Source: Balanoglossus misakiensis | Lineage: Eukaryota > Animalia > Hemichordata | NCBI GenBank assembly: GCA_040954595.2 | Contig: CM082580.2 | Location: 12,352,909-12,416,908 of the forward strand | Direction: 5' to 3' | DNA: 64,000 nt | Shown: piece after piece, positions 11,731-26,700 of the stretch | Position numbering within the stretch: position 1 is the first letter of the stretch | How the letters are laid out: each line of letters opens with the position of its first letter | Position numbers and translations under genes: made by a program | Notes under the pieces: model-generated | Database searches by the model: none | What the model was told of the DNA's origin: nothing | The model's input: only the letters and a program-made list of their open reading frames with translations

Positions 11731-14700
11731 ATGTGGGTGCCGTTGATATTGTTTTTGCTCGCCATATGCGGGCAATTCGTGTGTGCGGCACAACTTGACC
11801 CGATACCGTGGGATTCGACCAAGTAAGTGTCGCAGAGTAGACTGGGGCTGCCGAGCCTTCACAATAACACACCACTATTGTGTTTGCTCAAGCCATTCTA
11901 CGGGTTTCGATTTTCAGACCATTTTTTCACAGAGTGTTAAGGTCACACCGGGCGCATTAATTAAAAATAACACACGAGACCAGTCTGGCAGTGAGACGAT
12001 CGGGTTAAAATTAATAGTCGATGATATTTTCTTACTAGCTCGCGTGATGTTTATTTTGATGGGGTATGGCACGGTTTCAAAGTTTAGATTGAGTAACACC
12101 TTAACGGTTAATAATCTAAACATTATTTCTGTTTAATATAGTGTCTATTTCTATTTAAGAATGTGTATATTTTACTCATTTAAGCGTTTAAAAAGATATA
12201 GTTTGAAATGATGTAAACAGACGTGGAAACACGTGAAAATACCGGTCTAGGATTTCCGGTTGTACTGCACGGTGAGCGAACAGCTGTACTATACTATATA
12301 GAGTATAAAAACAATTCGCGCCGAAACGAACAGTCGATAGTCTTCTCGTCAACACCACAAGTCGGTGGAAGTTTGATCGCTTTCTGAGGAAACGTATCCG
12401 TTTGGAGACCTTGGCCATGCGGCGAATGGTCATGGCGTGTCCGATCCTGCTGAAACACAGGTAAAAATCACCGACCATGGACCTACCGCAGACTGAACGC
12501 GTCTAGCGCGACTCTGCGAAGCCAAGCGCGCAGTTTTGCGTTGTCACCGCGCTCGCTCGACGCACGCACGCACGTATCACCAAAACATGACTTTACTGTA
12601 CTGCAAATGCATGTACGCCACACAAGCAGTGTTCAAAAGAGTGCAGAACGAACAGGCGATACAAGGGCACTCAAAACTTGACTTTCTTTCAACCCGATCG
12701 GAGAATGATAATAGTATAGACATGTTCAATTTGAAATAGGTGATCGCAGTACGGACCGAATCAAAGGGACGCGCGCGCGCAGTAATGATTGCATTCAACA
12801 CACGAGGGATTTCTTGTCCCGTGGCGTTGATTATAACTCTGCGCAGAGAATTTGACGCACGGTGAAAATTTATCCATGTAGCATTAAAATACTTCTCCCC
12901 TTCTCGATCCAAAAGCAAATGGATATGACAAGTCGTACATTGCACGGCAGACTTATCGTTGACAGAAGAGTGTTGTGTTACACCGTCGACTTGAAATAAA
13001 TGCCACGCGAAGAACAAATCTTTCAGCCTGCTGGATTTGTATCATCTCCTTTTACAACCGTAAAGCAGACGGAAGTATGACATTATCCAATTCATGTTTA
13101 TTACTTTTAAAACATTACGAGGCTTTCGATTTTCTCGTGTGTTTTGGTTTAGCATTGTACAGATGTATTTTCAGCGACTGTATTTTAGCCCACCGAAAAT
13201 GATCCATTTCTCTGTAACACTTTCATTTAATGGTCGTCATGAATCAAAGGAAATCTGTTAACGACTGTCAATAGTTTCATTACAACCGCAAATGGAGGTT
13301 CATTTATAGGAAAAGAAAAACGGATAAATTTATCCGTAAGATCATGATGTAATTATCATGAAAGTAATAATAACATGTTCGCGGGAAACTCTGACTTCAT
13401 GGTGTATTTTTGGGCCGTGAATAAATGACGTGTGTCGCATTTCAGAGTATCTTCATGAATTGACAGTAATCGATACTCCAGTCAGAACTCTGATTCTTCG
13501 GCTGTTTAACACGTACGTACAAATGCCCAATTTGTTAGTAAAGTTTCCCAAAACGGAATCACATAGCATTGCAGTTACCCGCAGTGCGGCTTGACCGTGA
13601 CAACCATCCAAGCGTTGACAGCAAACTTGATTTTGCTTCTTGCCTCAATGGCACAGGAATGGGAAAGTGGATTTTTGACGACAAAAAAAGTTGTAAACGC
13701 AAATTACAGACCATGGCATGAACTTTTGTGAATGTAACAAATTACGCCTTTTTGTCGGCCCCAATTATATCGTTAACCGAGACACCGCAAGTTTCCGTTG
13801 GACAGACTGAAGTATGGACACACTTTTCCATCACACCCCAAAGATAAACACAGACAGCGGTTTTGAAATGTCGCGGTACTCAGCTCAAAGAAGACACTGA
13901 CCAAAACATCTCATTTATATAGTAACTCTCTCGGTAGGATTTTAATTAGTTAATCCAGACCAATTTATTTTGATGAAACAAGATCCCAAACTGTGTCATG
14001 CAGGCTAAATAAAACCGGTGCTGTGAAACTGACAAAGGTGATTTGTCAGAGAGCGTCGAAATGTACACATCTTAAAAATTTTGCGCGTCTCCGCGTCCAA
14101 GGCTCATAAAGCTCCGTCGAACGGATGGTCACTTCCTATTTGATGTCGCGCGTCTGTGGCAGAAATGACGCCGCGGTAGAGTAAACCTGACTGCAATTTC
14201 CCGTCATAGGAAGAAATCTGAGCTAGTTACCAGCCTCTCCTACTGTGTATTTCCTTTTTCCTTTATATACCAGTGCCATGCGCGCAGGCATTGGATGAAG
14301 GAAGAGAGAGCGCGCGCGCGTGTGTGTATGTTTCACCAGGAAGTATCGTAGTCCCTCTGACTGATGTTTTATTTGGAATGAATCATGGCGGGTCGACATT
14401 TGGTACTCGTTATGGATGCAGGCGAGGGCAGTGAGCGACTGGGTGTCCACACACAATTGCGCTTTGCCTGCTTTTGTCTTGAAAAAAATCAGTGTTTATT
14501 TGTAATCAACAAAAGAGATTCATCTTCATGTTTAATCTCTCCATTGCTGCTTTTCATGGATATCGACTCCCCAGGTCCGCTATCTCAACAAATTTTGTAG
14601 GCGGCAGTAACCTTGGAAAAAAGCGTTTCTTAGAACGTTTTAATATATCAATGGTCGGTTCCGTCTGCGGGCATCTATGTCTTTCTTCTGAAAAGGAGTA

Positions 14701-17700
14701 ATCACCCATTATGCATCTAGACTTAAGTACAAAACTGAGATTTACCCGAAATTCCAGATTATGCAGATTTTCATTGTCCTCCCTAAAAATGCGGCTACTT
14801 GCGGCTTACACTGATTTGCATTTTGGAGAAAAAGACAATTGCAGAGGTTTGCAAGGGGGGATTATCGGGGTGAGTTACTGCTGGATTATGCATTTGGAAG
14901 CTTTAAACATTCGTCAGCACCGGGAAAAAAATGGAAAAATGCGGACTTTTAAAATGCCATATGTGTGTTCATGCAGATATAGGACTTCCTTGAAACAATG
15001 GAGTCTGTCAGTCTGACGTCTGCCCCCCCCCCCCTCAATGGCATGTTTCTTGCCATTTTGTGGCTTCACTCTGTGATCCATATTGTGACCAAGGCTTTAA
15101 TTCAAAGAAGGAAAATGAGTGTATATTATCTCTGACCAAGCGAGCAAGCATGCAAACTTTTATATTAAATTTACCTGTATAACTAAATAAGCTTATTTTA
15201 AGTGTTGAGTGCACGCAAACTTAAGTGATTCCTTTTCAAAGCAGACCTTGGTGTAATGTGAGAGTGTTTAGCTTTCTTGCTGTATTGAGTCAGATTATGA
15301 AAGCTAAGAGAGAGAGTTAACAGCAAGCGAGAGTTATGCATGATTTCCCAAAGCTCCCCTCTAAAAGCAACTCCCTCAGCCCTCACACTTTGGCCAGCGG
15401 TCTCTCTCAGTCAAGCATTCAGAAAAAAAAAACCCAGATCAGCTTTCCATTTATTTGGCTGGAACTCCCACCTTGGTAATGTTGATATTTTGTCCCGCGC
15501 GATACTAAACACCACAGGTACATACAGCCAACATTCAGAAGACCTTCAAGACGGCCATGCAAGATTGACTCTGAACAGACGGACGACATGCGACCTGTCG
15601 CTGTTATTCTGTAAACTCGTAGCAACCAGATTTGCTTGACTTCATTTCTTTTGACGAAACAATACCCAGACAAATACCTCTTCTATTATTTTAAGGAGAA
15701 ATTTTTGTAAACAATACATCAGCAAACTAGTCACAGATAAGCCAAGCTGGGTTACATGTATTTTTTTTGTTTAAAAAAACAGCAGAACACCCTGCCGAAA
15801 GGTAATTGCCCGTCCCCAGCTAGGAAACTGCGAAATTGAGAGTCAGAAATGAGAATATGGAAATCTTTAAACAGCTACTCTGCACAGGGTAATAGTGATA
15901 AATTAGGTTTAATCATGACGTGAGTTTTAAATCATCAATTTTAATGCAACACTGTTACAAGTGGCCGTGTTGTACACACGTACATTTCAAAAATGATGTA
16001 GTGTGTGATGATGTATGTTTCGACCTCCAAGATGTAAATCGATAGACACTCAGGTTCATTGCTCGCAAGGCAAGTAGTAATAAGACGATGGGATGACTCA
16101 TTTTTGTGCTATAGACTTCCTTGCGAGTTATTTATGCAGGGAGACGGAATGTAGGGCAGCAATGTTGAATTTCATACGCTCCGATTAATAGCTTGCGTAT
16201 CCAAAGGGTAAAAAATTGGTTTAGTTCGTCAAGGCACTTGTTTACCCCATAAATTAGCAAATATGTGACAAGTCGCTGAAATACTACAACAGGTGAATCT
16301 TGCCATAAAAAAAGTTTGCTCTAGATTTTCTCAACAAGCAGCTGTTGAAATTGTAGCGCAATTAAGAACATTGTCAATCGTGTCACTGTCAGAAAAGAAT
16401 GGAAAAATATTAAAATCAGAGAGGTTTTAGGCAAATTGTGCATTCGCACATTGAAAAAGATGATATTTTCAATTGATTTGTACTGAGACTCCCCATTTGT
16501 GGGCCTCCAGCTGCTGTCTGCTTCTATCAAAACAGAGATGAATTTTTCCAACCACTCATTTCAATAAATGAATATGTAAATCTTGTGAAATTAATCTTGA
16601 GACGGGCCCAGCCAAGATAAAACCTTGTAAATTTATACCCAAAAGACTTGTGTGTCTTAATGCAACTGCAAAGCCTGGTCGTACGAATCTGTATTGGAGG
16701 AAGCTCTCGTCGTGTTTGTATTTCAGTCAGAGTATGACATTACGTATTGAGACATGTCTTTAATGTAAAGCTGCAGGAATAGTCTCAGAAACAGGTTTTA
16801 TTCTCAGCATTCTACTCAGCATCAGTGATGATGGATTCAACCAGTGATCAAATTGCACATCTCTTCTCCACAAATGCATTTCTCTTTGGATCGGAGGCTC
16901 GCTGTCTGCGTTTCTGGACGATCGAAAAAGGAAACGCGAGCGATAATGCGATGGAGGAGGTGTATGCGAAATGAATATACAAGGAATTAGACAATATGGT
17001 GAATTCTTAAGTCATAAGTCAGGTGAAAAGATCTGCAGTGGAGCATGTCAGTGGCTGACTTTCTCAAAGGTGTACCTTTTTGTACTTTATCAGAACCCGA
17101 CACCCCAGTAGATTGTCGCGTCATTGGTACTTGCATACCTGCCATTGTCGGGGCCCGACCATCGATCTTAGTAGCATCCAAACGTTCGGCAATTTGCCGT
17201 CGCGAATATCTCACTCCAACTCAAGTGCAGAGAAACCACTCCAACCAAATGCAAAAACACAAATGCTGTTTTGTTAGCTAGAGTTTCATACAGGGTTCTC
17301 TCTGCTCTGTGTTTATCCGACGTTTTTCAGTACAGGGTCGTGTATTGGTTTCTTGGCAAGCGAGTGAAAAAACAAATCCACATTGTGTCTGAAAAGTACG
17401 GGACATTTTCGCTGAAGTGGCCCTTGTTGCTGGCTGGCACTCACCTATACAAACCAACACACCATTACCTGGGGAATAATCGCTGTGGTTTCTTAGGCAG
17501 TGCAAAGTTTTCTTTTTTGATCCGAACTGTTTATATGGCCCGTGCAAACTCTCTTGGCTAAACCATTCTTTATAGCAGGCTGTTGGGTGGACATTAAACC
17601 ATCAATGGGCTAATTATGCCCCTCTCCATTCACTCGGTCATCATCGAGCTGTATGGACACCAAAATCACTTCATGCCCTGGTCCATTCTGTTGCATTCAA

Positions 17701-20700
17701 TCCCTCGTAAAACGTCTGCCCATTCCTTAACAAAAACCCCGACAGCCTGTCCAAAATGTCTATCTTGTACTCCTGCAATCACTAAGTCTTCTCTTTTTTA
17801 CAAAAATATCCTGCTGTTAAAATTAATTATAAGGTACACACTGACTTATATAACAAGTCCTCCCACTCCAAGAGTCCATTATATAAAGCCTTTCCCCAAA
17901 AAACAAAGACCCACCTAGTAATTAAAATTTATGGCCACCCTTCTCTTTGGCTTTTCAGTAGATTGACTGCTGAACTCTTTTTGTATCTATTGTCCGGGTG
18001 CTGCGTCATGCCTATGTATAAATTCCAAATCTGTCTCTGAGATTCCAGTGTTTTTACTTCTATGTCAGTTAAAGGCTTAACTTGCTAGTTTTCGGTGTAA
18101 GGTTTTTAGCATTTGCTCTCTGCTTGAGACTACAGGTGGTCATATAGTGACCTGATGTTGCTTAGGTAATGGCATTTATTTCAAACCCCAACCACTTTGA
18201 GTGGCTGCTATGGATGTACAATGTATACATATATGTATGTCTGGCCACACATTGCGTGTACTGACTGCAAATGTCCATGCTCATGTATCATCATGTACTA
18301 TATTTGAGAATTGCTGTCTTTTCAGATATCCAATTAGTCACAAGGAGTAGCTTTTTGAGAGAATTGTCACAGGTTAGTCCAGTTGATATAAACATGCAGA
18401 GAGAAAACATGTATTGTGTATGTAATGCATTGTATATATGGCAACCATTTTAGGCCAATGAATTTCTGTACTCTAGACATGATGAACAAATTAGCAATCA
18501 CATTTCTTTTGGTGTTATTTCTAGTCAAGTCCACTGCTGTGTGCGCAGAGCAAAATGTTATTGTACTGCAGTGCATACAACAGCTATATTCCGATGTGAC
18601 CTCCGTGCGTGCTGTCTACATTGTTCTACACAAACACAGAAGCACGCACAGCTCTGTGGTTTCTGAAATCTCAGATATTTGTCTTCCGCTGTACCTTGCT
18701 GCCTTCAATGGCGGAGATTTCTGCATCTGTCAATTCATAGTAAAAGCTACATGCCAGTTAGCTTGCATGGCCCTCCGACCACCACGCAGTCGTGCGAAAT
18801 ACTGTGTGCGGAATGTAGCGGGATTCGTGTGTGTTCTTTTCCTACTCCCGTACATCGCTGTGTTCCTTGTCTCCCTTGTAGACTTAGCTCATTACTGCAG
18901 TCACCTTCTGCCATTCAGCCTTTGATGCTGCGGCAAGAGAAACAAACCATCGTGCCACCGACGAGTAAAGAGCTTTTGTGAGATTTCAAGAATACAAATG
19001 TTTATATTTACAAAGAGTGCAGAAAAAAAGGAGGGAAAGCATTGTGGTTGTATTCATGGGTCGTGTTGGGGAGATTTAGCAGTGGTGAGCAGACAATGGA
19101 GATGAATAAGTGTCTTTTTAAGACGAAGATAGTATGCCATACCTCACACCCCGTGCTTCGCAGTCAATTATGCATTCTGACCGTCTAGCAAGAAAACTCG
19201 CTAAAACATCAACACCCGTGGTAGGTTTGCAAAGCCAGGGATTAGAATCAGAACTTTGTGTATGTTAACTGTGACAGTCTACTCTGACTGCCAAGAGAGA
19301 CCCACTCTGAGATTTCACCATAGCAGCATCAATCGACTCTGAACTCCACTCAATATTTCTGTCCATTAAAACAAAATTCCAGTAGCTCTTCAGCTGGCAG
19401 TGTGGTGAGTTAAACTCCACCCCAGGTCCATAAACAACCAGAACTCTAACTCGACCCGGGTCACCATTTCACTTGGCAGGCATGCAGGCATTTCATGCAT
19501 TTGCAAATATTCGGAACAGTATTTTTTATGCATTAACTGTTTCCACTGGTGGAGATAGTATCCGCCGTGTTGCTACAGTTCCCGTTCGACTTGCAAATGT
19601 AAGGTGCATTCCTATTTTGTCACCCATGTTCGATCGCAATCAGAGTGCATCCCTGCCCTGCTAAAGCACCATAGATGACACAAAGAACAAGTCATTCCAG
19701 TGTGCGCATGAAAGGCCTAATTTACGAGTGTGTGAAAAAACCACGAGGTATGAAACCCTTGTATTGTCTTCGGTTCTGCCGTAAACTCCAGTTCCTATGC
19801 TACTTGCAGGCGTCAGCAAGGCATGTCAGAACCACAGACAGCAGTCACCTCTACTGTACGTCAGAACTGAACATTTCCTGAATAAAAACGCTTTTTTACC
19901 ATTAATCAAAGAAATGGTGTATATCTTTTACAATTGAAAGATGATTTCAGGACCAAAGCTGCTTGAATATTTGCATCAAAGCACTTCTTGCTTGAAACAT
20001 TCCAAAGCTGTTAACATAGAGACTCTAAAATGTCATGTAATTGGATGGAAAACATTGCACCCAAGGTATTGTGAAACAGGTGGCATTTCTGTGTTTGTAG
20101 TGGACATTTTTAAGCATCCAAGTCCGGTGGGTTAGCTGAGCTCAGAAGTGGATGGTAAAAAAAATCAGAAAGTGTAAGATAGCGAAATGAAGAAGATGGT
20201 AGGGATGGGGTGTTGTGTAACCGATAATGGAAAGCAAAGTAGCTGGTTGATTTGACGGTGGCTATGTGTCTGACTCTCTTATCTACATCCCTGGAAGCTA
20301 CTCATGCTAGTTAGAACATTAAACTTTTTTTAAACTGACAACAACAAAAAACCCCAGACCCGAGCATGGTAGGGTTTATACATGGTGTAACTTTGACCTG
20401 CATAGTGTGTGTCATTCGATAGGCAAACAAACACATGTAAGGTAAGAAGCACGTCCCAAACCAACCTTCTGGAATGCCATGTCAATAATGCAATCTCGGG
20501 CCCTGCAAAACGTTCTATTTTTATCCCAGAATTTATTGTTGGTGTTTTTCTCATTGCCACTCGCTGCTACTGTCTTCTCCTGGATGTTGGAATTGCTCCC
20601 TGCAAATTTCAGCTGAGCAGAGCTGAAAGACTGAGGTTACAGAATGAATGTATCTCATTGGAATATTCTAGACTACAAAATGAGTCTAGAAGTACGAAGA

Positions 20701-23700
20701 GGAAAAACGACAAGAACAAAATTTTCACCTTGCAGTACAGAAAGCTATATAAAGTGCTGCTAATATGACCCCAAAGCTGGGCTGAAAAACACAAACGTGT
20801 AAGAATTTTAATTTCATTCCATTTCTGGATTCGGTAGCATTCATAACGGCTGTTAATTGACCCCTCCCATTCACAACATATTGCACAATAAATTGCTGCA
20901 AAAAGGTGACCACAGCTTGCATCATTGATTCTGAACTGACCGTTTGGAAAGCCAAACACATACTATTCTTATCTGTGAAATTTGTTGATTATTTATGTGT
21001 GCTATTAAAATTGGTCTGGATAGTGATGAAAAGACAGAATTATGTTGGTAGTGTTGGGTACCAGTATCTGTTGAACAGTTCTCTTCTCTGTTAACCTAGC
21101 AACTGATAAATTATGTGGTATGGTACATCTTTGAAATATCTCTGTTGTGTTGTAAAGATTAATATCATGTCTGAGCTGAATAGAATAGAAGGCTGAGGGA
21201 GCCAATTTGTGTTGTCAGTGATGGGATGATGGGAAAGGGGGAGTAATTGTCCCCGTTTTGTCTTACATGTATTTTGTCGGCAGACTAATTACAAGTGCTT
21301 TTGTAGTGGACCTCATTGTGTGGGAAAGACACACGTACATACATACACACAGTGGAAATGGGCAGTTGATGACATGAGAGACATTGGCAAGAACACATGG
21401 ACCATACAGAAAGATTGATTTAGGCCTTGACAAACAATTCTTAAATGCCTTCTTAACTAATTAGAATTCATTGATTTTTTTTGTCATTCCTGTATGGCAG
21501 TGTAAATGGAATGTGTCATGACTTTGTCAATTATCCTCAGTCGCAGACATTCTATGAACTGCCTGTCTCTCGAAATCTATAAAATTGCTTGCCTGACCTA
21601 ATACCACTGCCCAGGTAGAAGTTCCAGGCAGTTATCATAAAAATTTCATTACTGTTTGAAAATCACACAATGGCGGTCCCCGCCCCTCACATGACCACTT
21701 TTAATGGCCCGCTCTCAAGTGAACTACAAATCTAAGGAGTAAAGCATTTTGTTTGTTTTTGTAATTATCACTCCGTATTTTGTTATTTTCAGAATGAAAT
21801 TTGCTGTGTAGACCACATGAATACATTTCAACAGTTCAGGCAATTTAACGTTTTATTTTAATGAAATTTTTTCTTTTCAAATTTGCACGTGTAAATGGTT
21901 TACTCTGTGTAAATAGTCCTTCCCAAGTTCAAATACTTTTGTCTGGGAGTGGGTGGTTTTGTTTTTAATGAAAATATTTAATGTCTGTTGCTAATAAAGA
22001 GGTAATATATTTTCACACCTGTGGGGACATGACCTCATTTTAATTTATTCCAGTTGAAATTGGTACAAATGTTTGCCTTCGGTAAGTTATTGTCAAAGAC
22101 ATGCCTACAGAGTTTAGTCACACTTTCAATATCGGTGCAGCCAGGCTGTTATAAAATTTGAATGTTCGCAACATGTTGTGAAAAAAATGTTGAAAAAAAA
22201 GAAGTCATAGGTCCATGTGAATCTACAGATTAGAGTCCGACAAAGTTCCAGGTGTACAGTAAGGTCGGCCATGTTTGAGTAGAATTAGAGTATTGCATCA
22301 ACTTTATTTTCACTGCACACCTGCAGACACTGTCTAAAACAACAAGGTGGGCCGTGGTGCACCTGGAATTCCTCTCAAAGTTTAAGTTTAACATAACCCC
22401 GAAAACGTCTTGTTGAATCAGACGTCGGTTGTTTAGATCAGTGCTGCGGAGAGGCAATGAAGTTGAGTGACTGTGAGTGAAATCCAATTTGTTTGCATAA
22501 TGGCAAACATGTCTATGTTTTCCCCCTCTCTGTATGTTTCTGATGCCGAGGTTTGTTCCACAGACAGGGATTAAAAATAAAGCTTAAGATGCATTCCTGA
22601 AATAACGGACGATGACTCTGAAGTATGCGAGTATCAATAGTGAATTCCTCTTTTTGTTTTAGACCGCTAAGAAACCCCTTTACAAAGCCTGCCACATTAT
22701 TGATTTGTAATGATCGTCCACTTGCCTTCAAGAAAAGGGTGTCCTTAATCTGCTCCAAAAGTTTTTTGATTGTTTTGACTGTTATGATCAGCCTTGGTAT
22801 TTCGTGGAATGATGTCAGCAGAGGGGGAAAATGTCACATTTGCTGCGTTTAATTCACAGCAGTGCAGTTTCTAACAGTCACGGCTTAGCAACAGTAAACA
22901 GAGCAACTGTGTCAGCGTCTCTAAAGTTGTCGGTCGAGCCTCAAAAAAAGGGTGACATATAGCAAGTCAGAAACTATTGGAGCAGAATTTATTCACCCGT
23001 TCAACGCTTCACAATAAGTAGTTTCAAGGCGTCCACCCCGGTTGGATAGCAGCATTTGAAAGAAACTATCGATAATAAAAAAAAGAAAGCACATGAGAAG
23101 AACATGGGTTGAATCTGTGAGTCAGGCTATTAGATATATGCTTGAACACATCACAATAAAAGCTGTATTAAATGGTGTTAAATAAGGAAGCCTTGAAGGC
23201 TGCACCGAATAAAAGGACGCGGCCCACAGAAGGCAAAAATGCAACAGTAACTATTCTGTTGACCAAATTAAAAAAACCTATGAGGATAAGTAATTCCGTG
23301 GCGTAGTTGGGCAACCACTGGGTAATCTTCTTCTGCGTGTCTATACCGCCAATGGCCAGGGATCACAGGAAGCCGCGCTTTTGATTCTTTTTGGAATATC
23401 CTGGGTTCTTCAGATGTGGCATTGCACGCCCAGGGACATTGCCAACTTGCCTGTGGCATTTTCCAATTCACTCAAAAGTGCAGAGAGAGAAAGAAAAAAA
23501 TGGAAATCAAGCAATTGTTGTTTGCCTTGCCAAAATGTTCCGTTGCTAGAAAGCTAACAATCTGTACAGCTATATTCATCCGGACCAAGTAATTTAAAGG
23601 GACAAAATATTGTGCTTGTGATCATTGCTACTGTTGAGTGAATAGTCAAGACTTAAATTCAGATTTTTACAGTATAAACACTGCTGACTTCATAAGATAC

Positions 23701-26700
23701 ACAGTGGTTGCAATGTGTTGATGAGCGAAATACTGGGTATTTCGTGGTGCTTTTAAGGTGTTGAACAAGAAACTGGTATTGATCTGCCGTGAAAATAGCG
23801 AGAAAATAGACCAACATTACAGTTAATGGATCTTTGAGCCACAGGTATCTTTATCGACCACGTAGATCGCTCTCGCCACAGGAATATTGTCGGAACTGTA
23901 CACTTACAAGCGGTGTTCATTTATTCATCTCTGCTGTGATCGGTTTTACACAGAAGAAGTTGCTAGGCACCGACTTGAGGTGAAAAAAACACCCACAAAA
24001 GTCCATCTTCTGTACTGTGGCACCATGTTTGCTTAAAAATCAATGCGTCAGTGAAAAGATATTTGCCGAGAGTTTCCATGGAATCCATTGAAATTGCCTG
24101 GCTGGAAATTTGATTCAATTGCGCTCGCTGTTCTGTTGAGAGAGAGAGAGAGAGAAAGAAATCACACTGTAAATTTCGCCTCTGCGTCACGACAGCCTGA
24201 TATTTTAGACAATGTCTACAATCGCAGTGTGTATGAACAGGTATAATAGTGGTATCTAGAACTGTAGCACTATATAGACATTGTATGTGGATGGCAGTAG
24301 TGGGCAGCATAAGATTATTACAGAGTAGTGTTATCTTTCAATGAGAGATCCTGTTCTATCAGGGTAAGGCCTTTTACATTTGTCGAAGCAGTACTGATCG
24401 CAATATTGTGCGAGAAATGGCCTACTCCATGTGTTCAGATAAGTTGCACGTACACAGAGAATATAAGCCAAGTTTGACGTGCACAAAAAAGCACTTATTT
24501 ATAAAAAGAAATATGGTAATTAGCTCAAATCTAACTTTGGCAACTTGATTGGTCATTGACCGTAAAGAATTGGTAAAATTAGAAGAAGAATGTGAATAGA
24601 ATAGATAGCATGAATAGTTGCAGTTGAACTGAACAAGTCAGAACTCAGTTAGGAAACATTCTTTTGCCAAAAATACTTCAGCTTTTATCTTGTGTGAATG
24701 TTTGTTAAGAGAAGTTTATACGATCTTGCTTCTAGTAATGGAATTAAAAGTTTCATAGAAATGTGAGATGTTCAACTTCTGAGGTTTGTGAGATTAGATT
24801 TGTTGTGTCTATAACCCCAGCACCCGTGCCTAAACACCGTCTCTCTTGTTTTGCTGTGTTGTTTTTATTAAATTTACACAAACCTATCAGAATGGTTGTT
24901 TCCTCAGGCTGCAGTGTGTTTTATTCGTTTATTTCACTGGGGAAAAGTAGAAAACGCGAGCAGTGTTCTTGATAATCACATCTCGAACTGGAAAATAGGT
25001 TTCTGCGATATTAAGTGATAAATGGAGGTTTGATAATGTTACTGTGTGTCTACGTGCGTGGTTGGGGGCACTGGTATTGTACGGAAAGTAACTTTAAGTG
25101 ATGACGTTGGCCTTGCTTTGTAGTCAATAGCACTATACAGCTTTAATCTGTAAGGTAGTCTATGAACTGAATACAGTTCTTCAAAAAATGTGATAAAATA
25201 CGACAATTTGTAGTCCTTGGCTCAACTTAGCTACACATCTGTCGTTTTTTGTTTCACACTTGAAATTTCTTCTTAAAGTCGTCTCAGGGTGAGATGCATA
25301 CAGAGGACTTTGTTAGTTCTACCTGAGTTGCGTTTTCGAGGCCGGAGGCAAGGAACGGGGTAGAGACGTGGTCATCCGTACCCTGTGGGGGGTAATTTCA
25401 AACCACTCTCATTCGTCTAATCCGCTGCGTCGCAATTACGCTATTTAGTCCCCCTCCAAAAAACGAACATTTTTATCAATAGTCAGCCATGGCAGGTGAC
25501 GATAGTAAAGAGTTGGAATCTTTTGTGGAACGAGAAAATGAGGACCTGAAGGAATCTTAAAGGAAAGTTCTTTTTCCCACTGCTGGTAATGGCTACAAGT
25601 GAATAAAATTGGATTTCTAATTCTGATAAGGTTTGACAAGCTTATATGCAGAAGTCATTTTGATTCATCCAGAGGTTCAGTGGCACATAAATGGTATTGT
25701 TTCTCCGTAGAAACGAGAAAAGACAAACCTACCAAAGCTTTTAAGGGGACATAAAAATGCCCGTCCGACATGTATGTAAGTTCAATAGCGGAAACCATTT
25801 TGACTCATTCGGTCTTTGCGGACTGCCGCACATACGAGAGAGTGACAATGCATTAGGATCGCAGCATTTTGCCAGTTTTTGAAAAGAAAAAAACTGACTC
25901 TTGATCTGTGTGTGGTTGACTGCCTTTTTGAAAGGGTGTGTGTTTGACTTGAAGGTCCCCTTTAATGTAAAAAAAAGAAACCCATCCCAGTTGTTGAAAT
26001 AATGGACAGCGTCGTAAAAAAGAATCAAACCTAATCAGCTTACCTGCTGAATTTCCATGTAAAAAAATAAAATGCATTCAACTTTGCGGATGGGGCACTA
26101 CTTTGGTAGATTTGCTGCCGCCAAACAATGCCACATTGAAAAAGATCCTGTGTGGGCAGAAAATGCCACTCTGAGGACGAGTAGTTAGAATCTTATTGTG
26201 AGTCTCTGACAGACAATTCAGAAGAGACCATTGCTTTTCACAAGAAAGTGAACAATTTACAAGGCAAAAGTAACAAGTACGAGAATTCTTCTCTTATCCG
26301 GCTCACAACTTCCTGCCCTGTAAAACAGAGCAGTATCTTCAGTTTTGAAATCGTACCTTCTGAAATGTCAAGCACTTTTTTCACTGGACATTTCTAGGAA
26401 AGATGGGAGGGGACGTCTCTACTTTTTTTGCACTGAAGGAGAAAAATAAAACAACTGCCAGTTAAATGCAGTGAACTGTTGGCCAGCTCTTTTGTTTTAG
26501 TCGTTTTGTTCCAGATTGAATGAAGGCGAAGGAGCGACGACTGTGGCTTTTGTAATTAGCATACAAACAAAGACGAAGAATAGGGTTATTGGGAGATTAG
26601 ACCCAAGTGATTTCCACCGCCGAGATTCCTTTCAGAGTTAGCAAACCGTGCCTTTATTTGATTCATGCATATAGAGGACCCTTTTCTCTCGCCAATCAAA

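Noticed and set aside
13320-13337. Perfect 18-bp palindrome ACGGATAAATTTATCCGT
   Set aside because: One palindrome of this length is not unexpected by chance in 64 kb of AT-rich DNA.
17271-17565. Weak inverted similarity at the ends of a 290-nt segment (TTAGC..AGAGTTT..GGG)
   Set aside because: Needs several gaps to align; insufficient to call a MITE without a genome search.
18416-18925. 169-aa ORF inside ephrin 1 intron 1
   Set aside because: No recognisable domain, non-ATG start, composition typical of translated non-coding DNA.
19395-19415. TGGCAGTGTGGTGAGTT resembling miR-34
   Set aside because: 3' half diverges and there is no precursor-length hairpin with a star arm.
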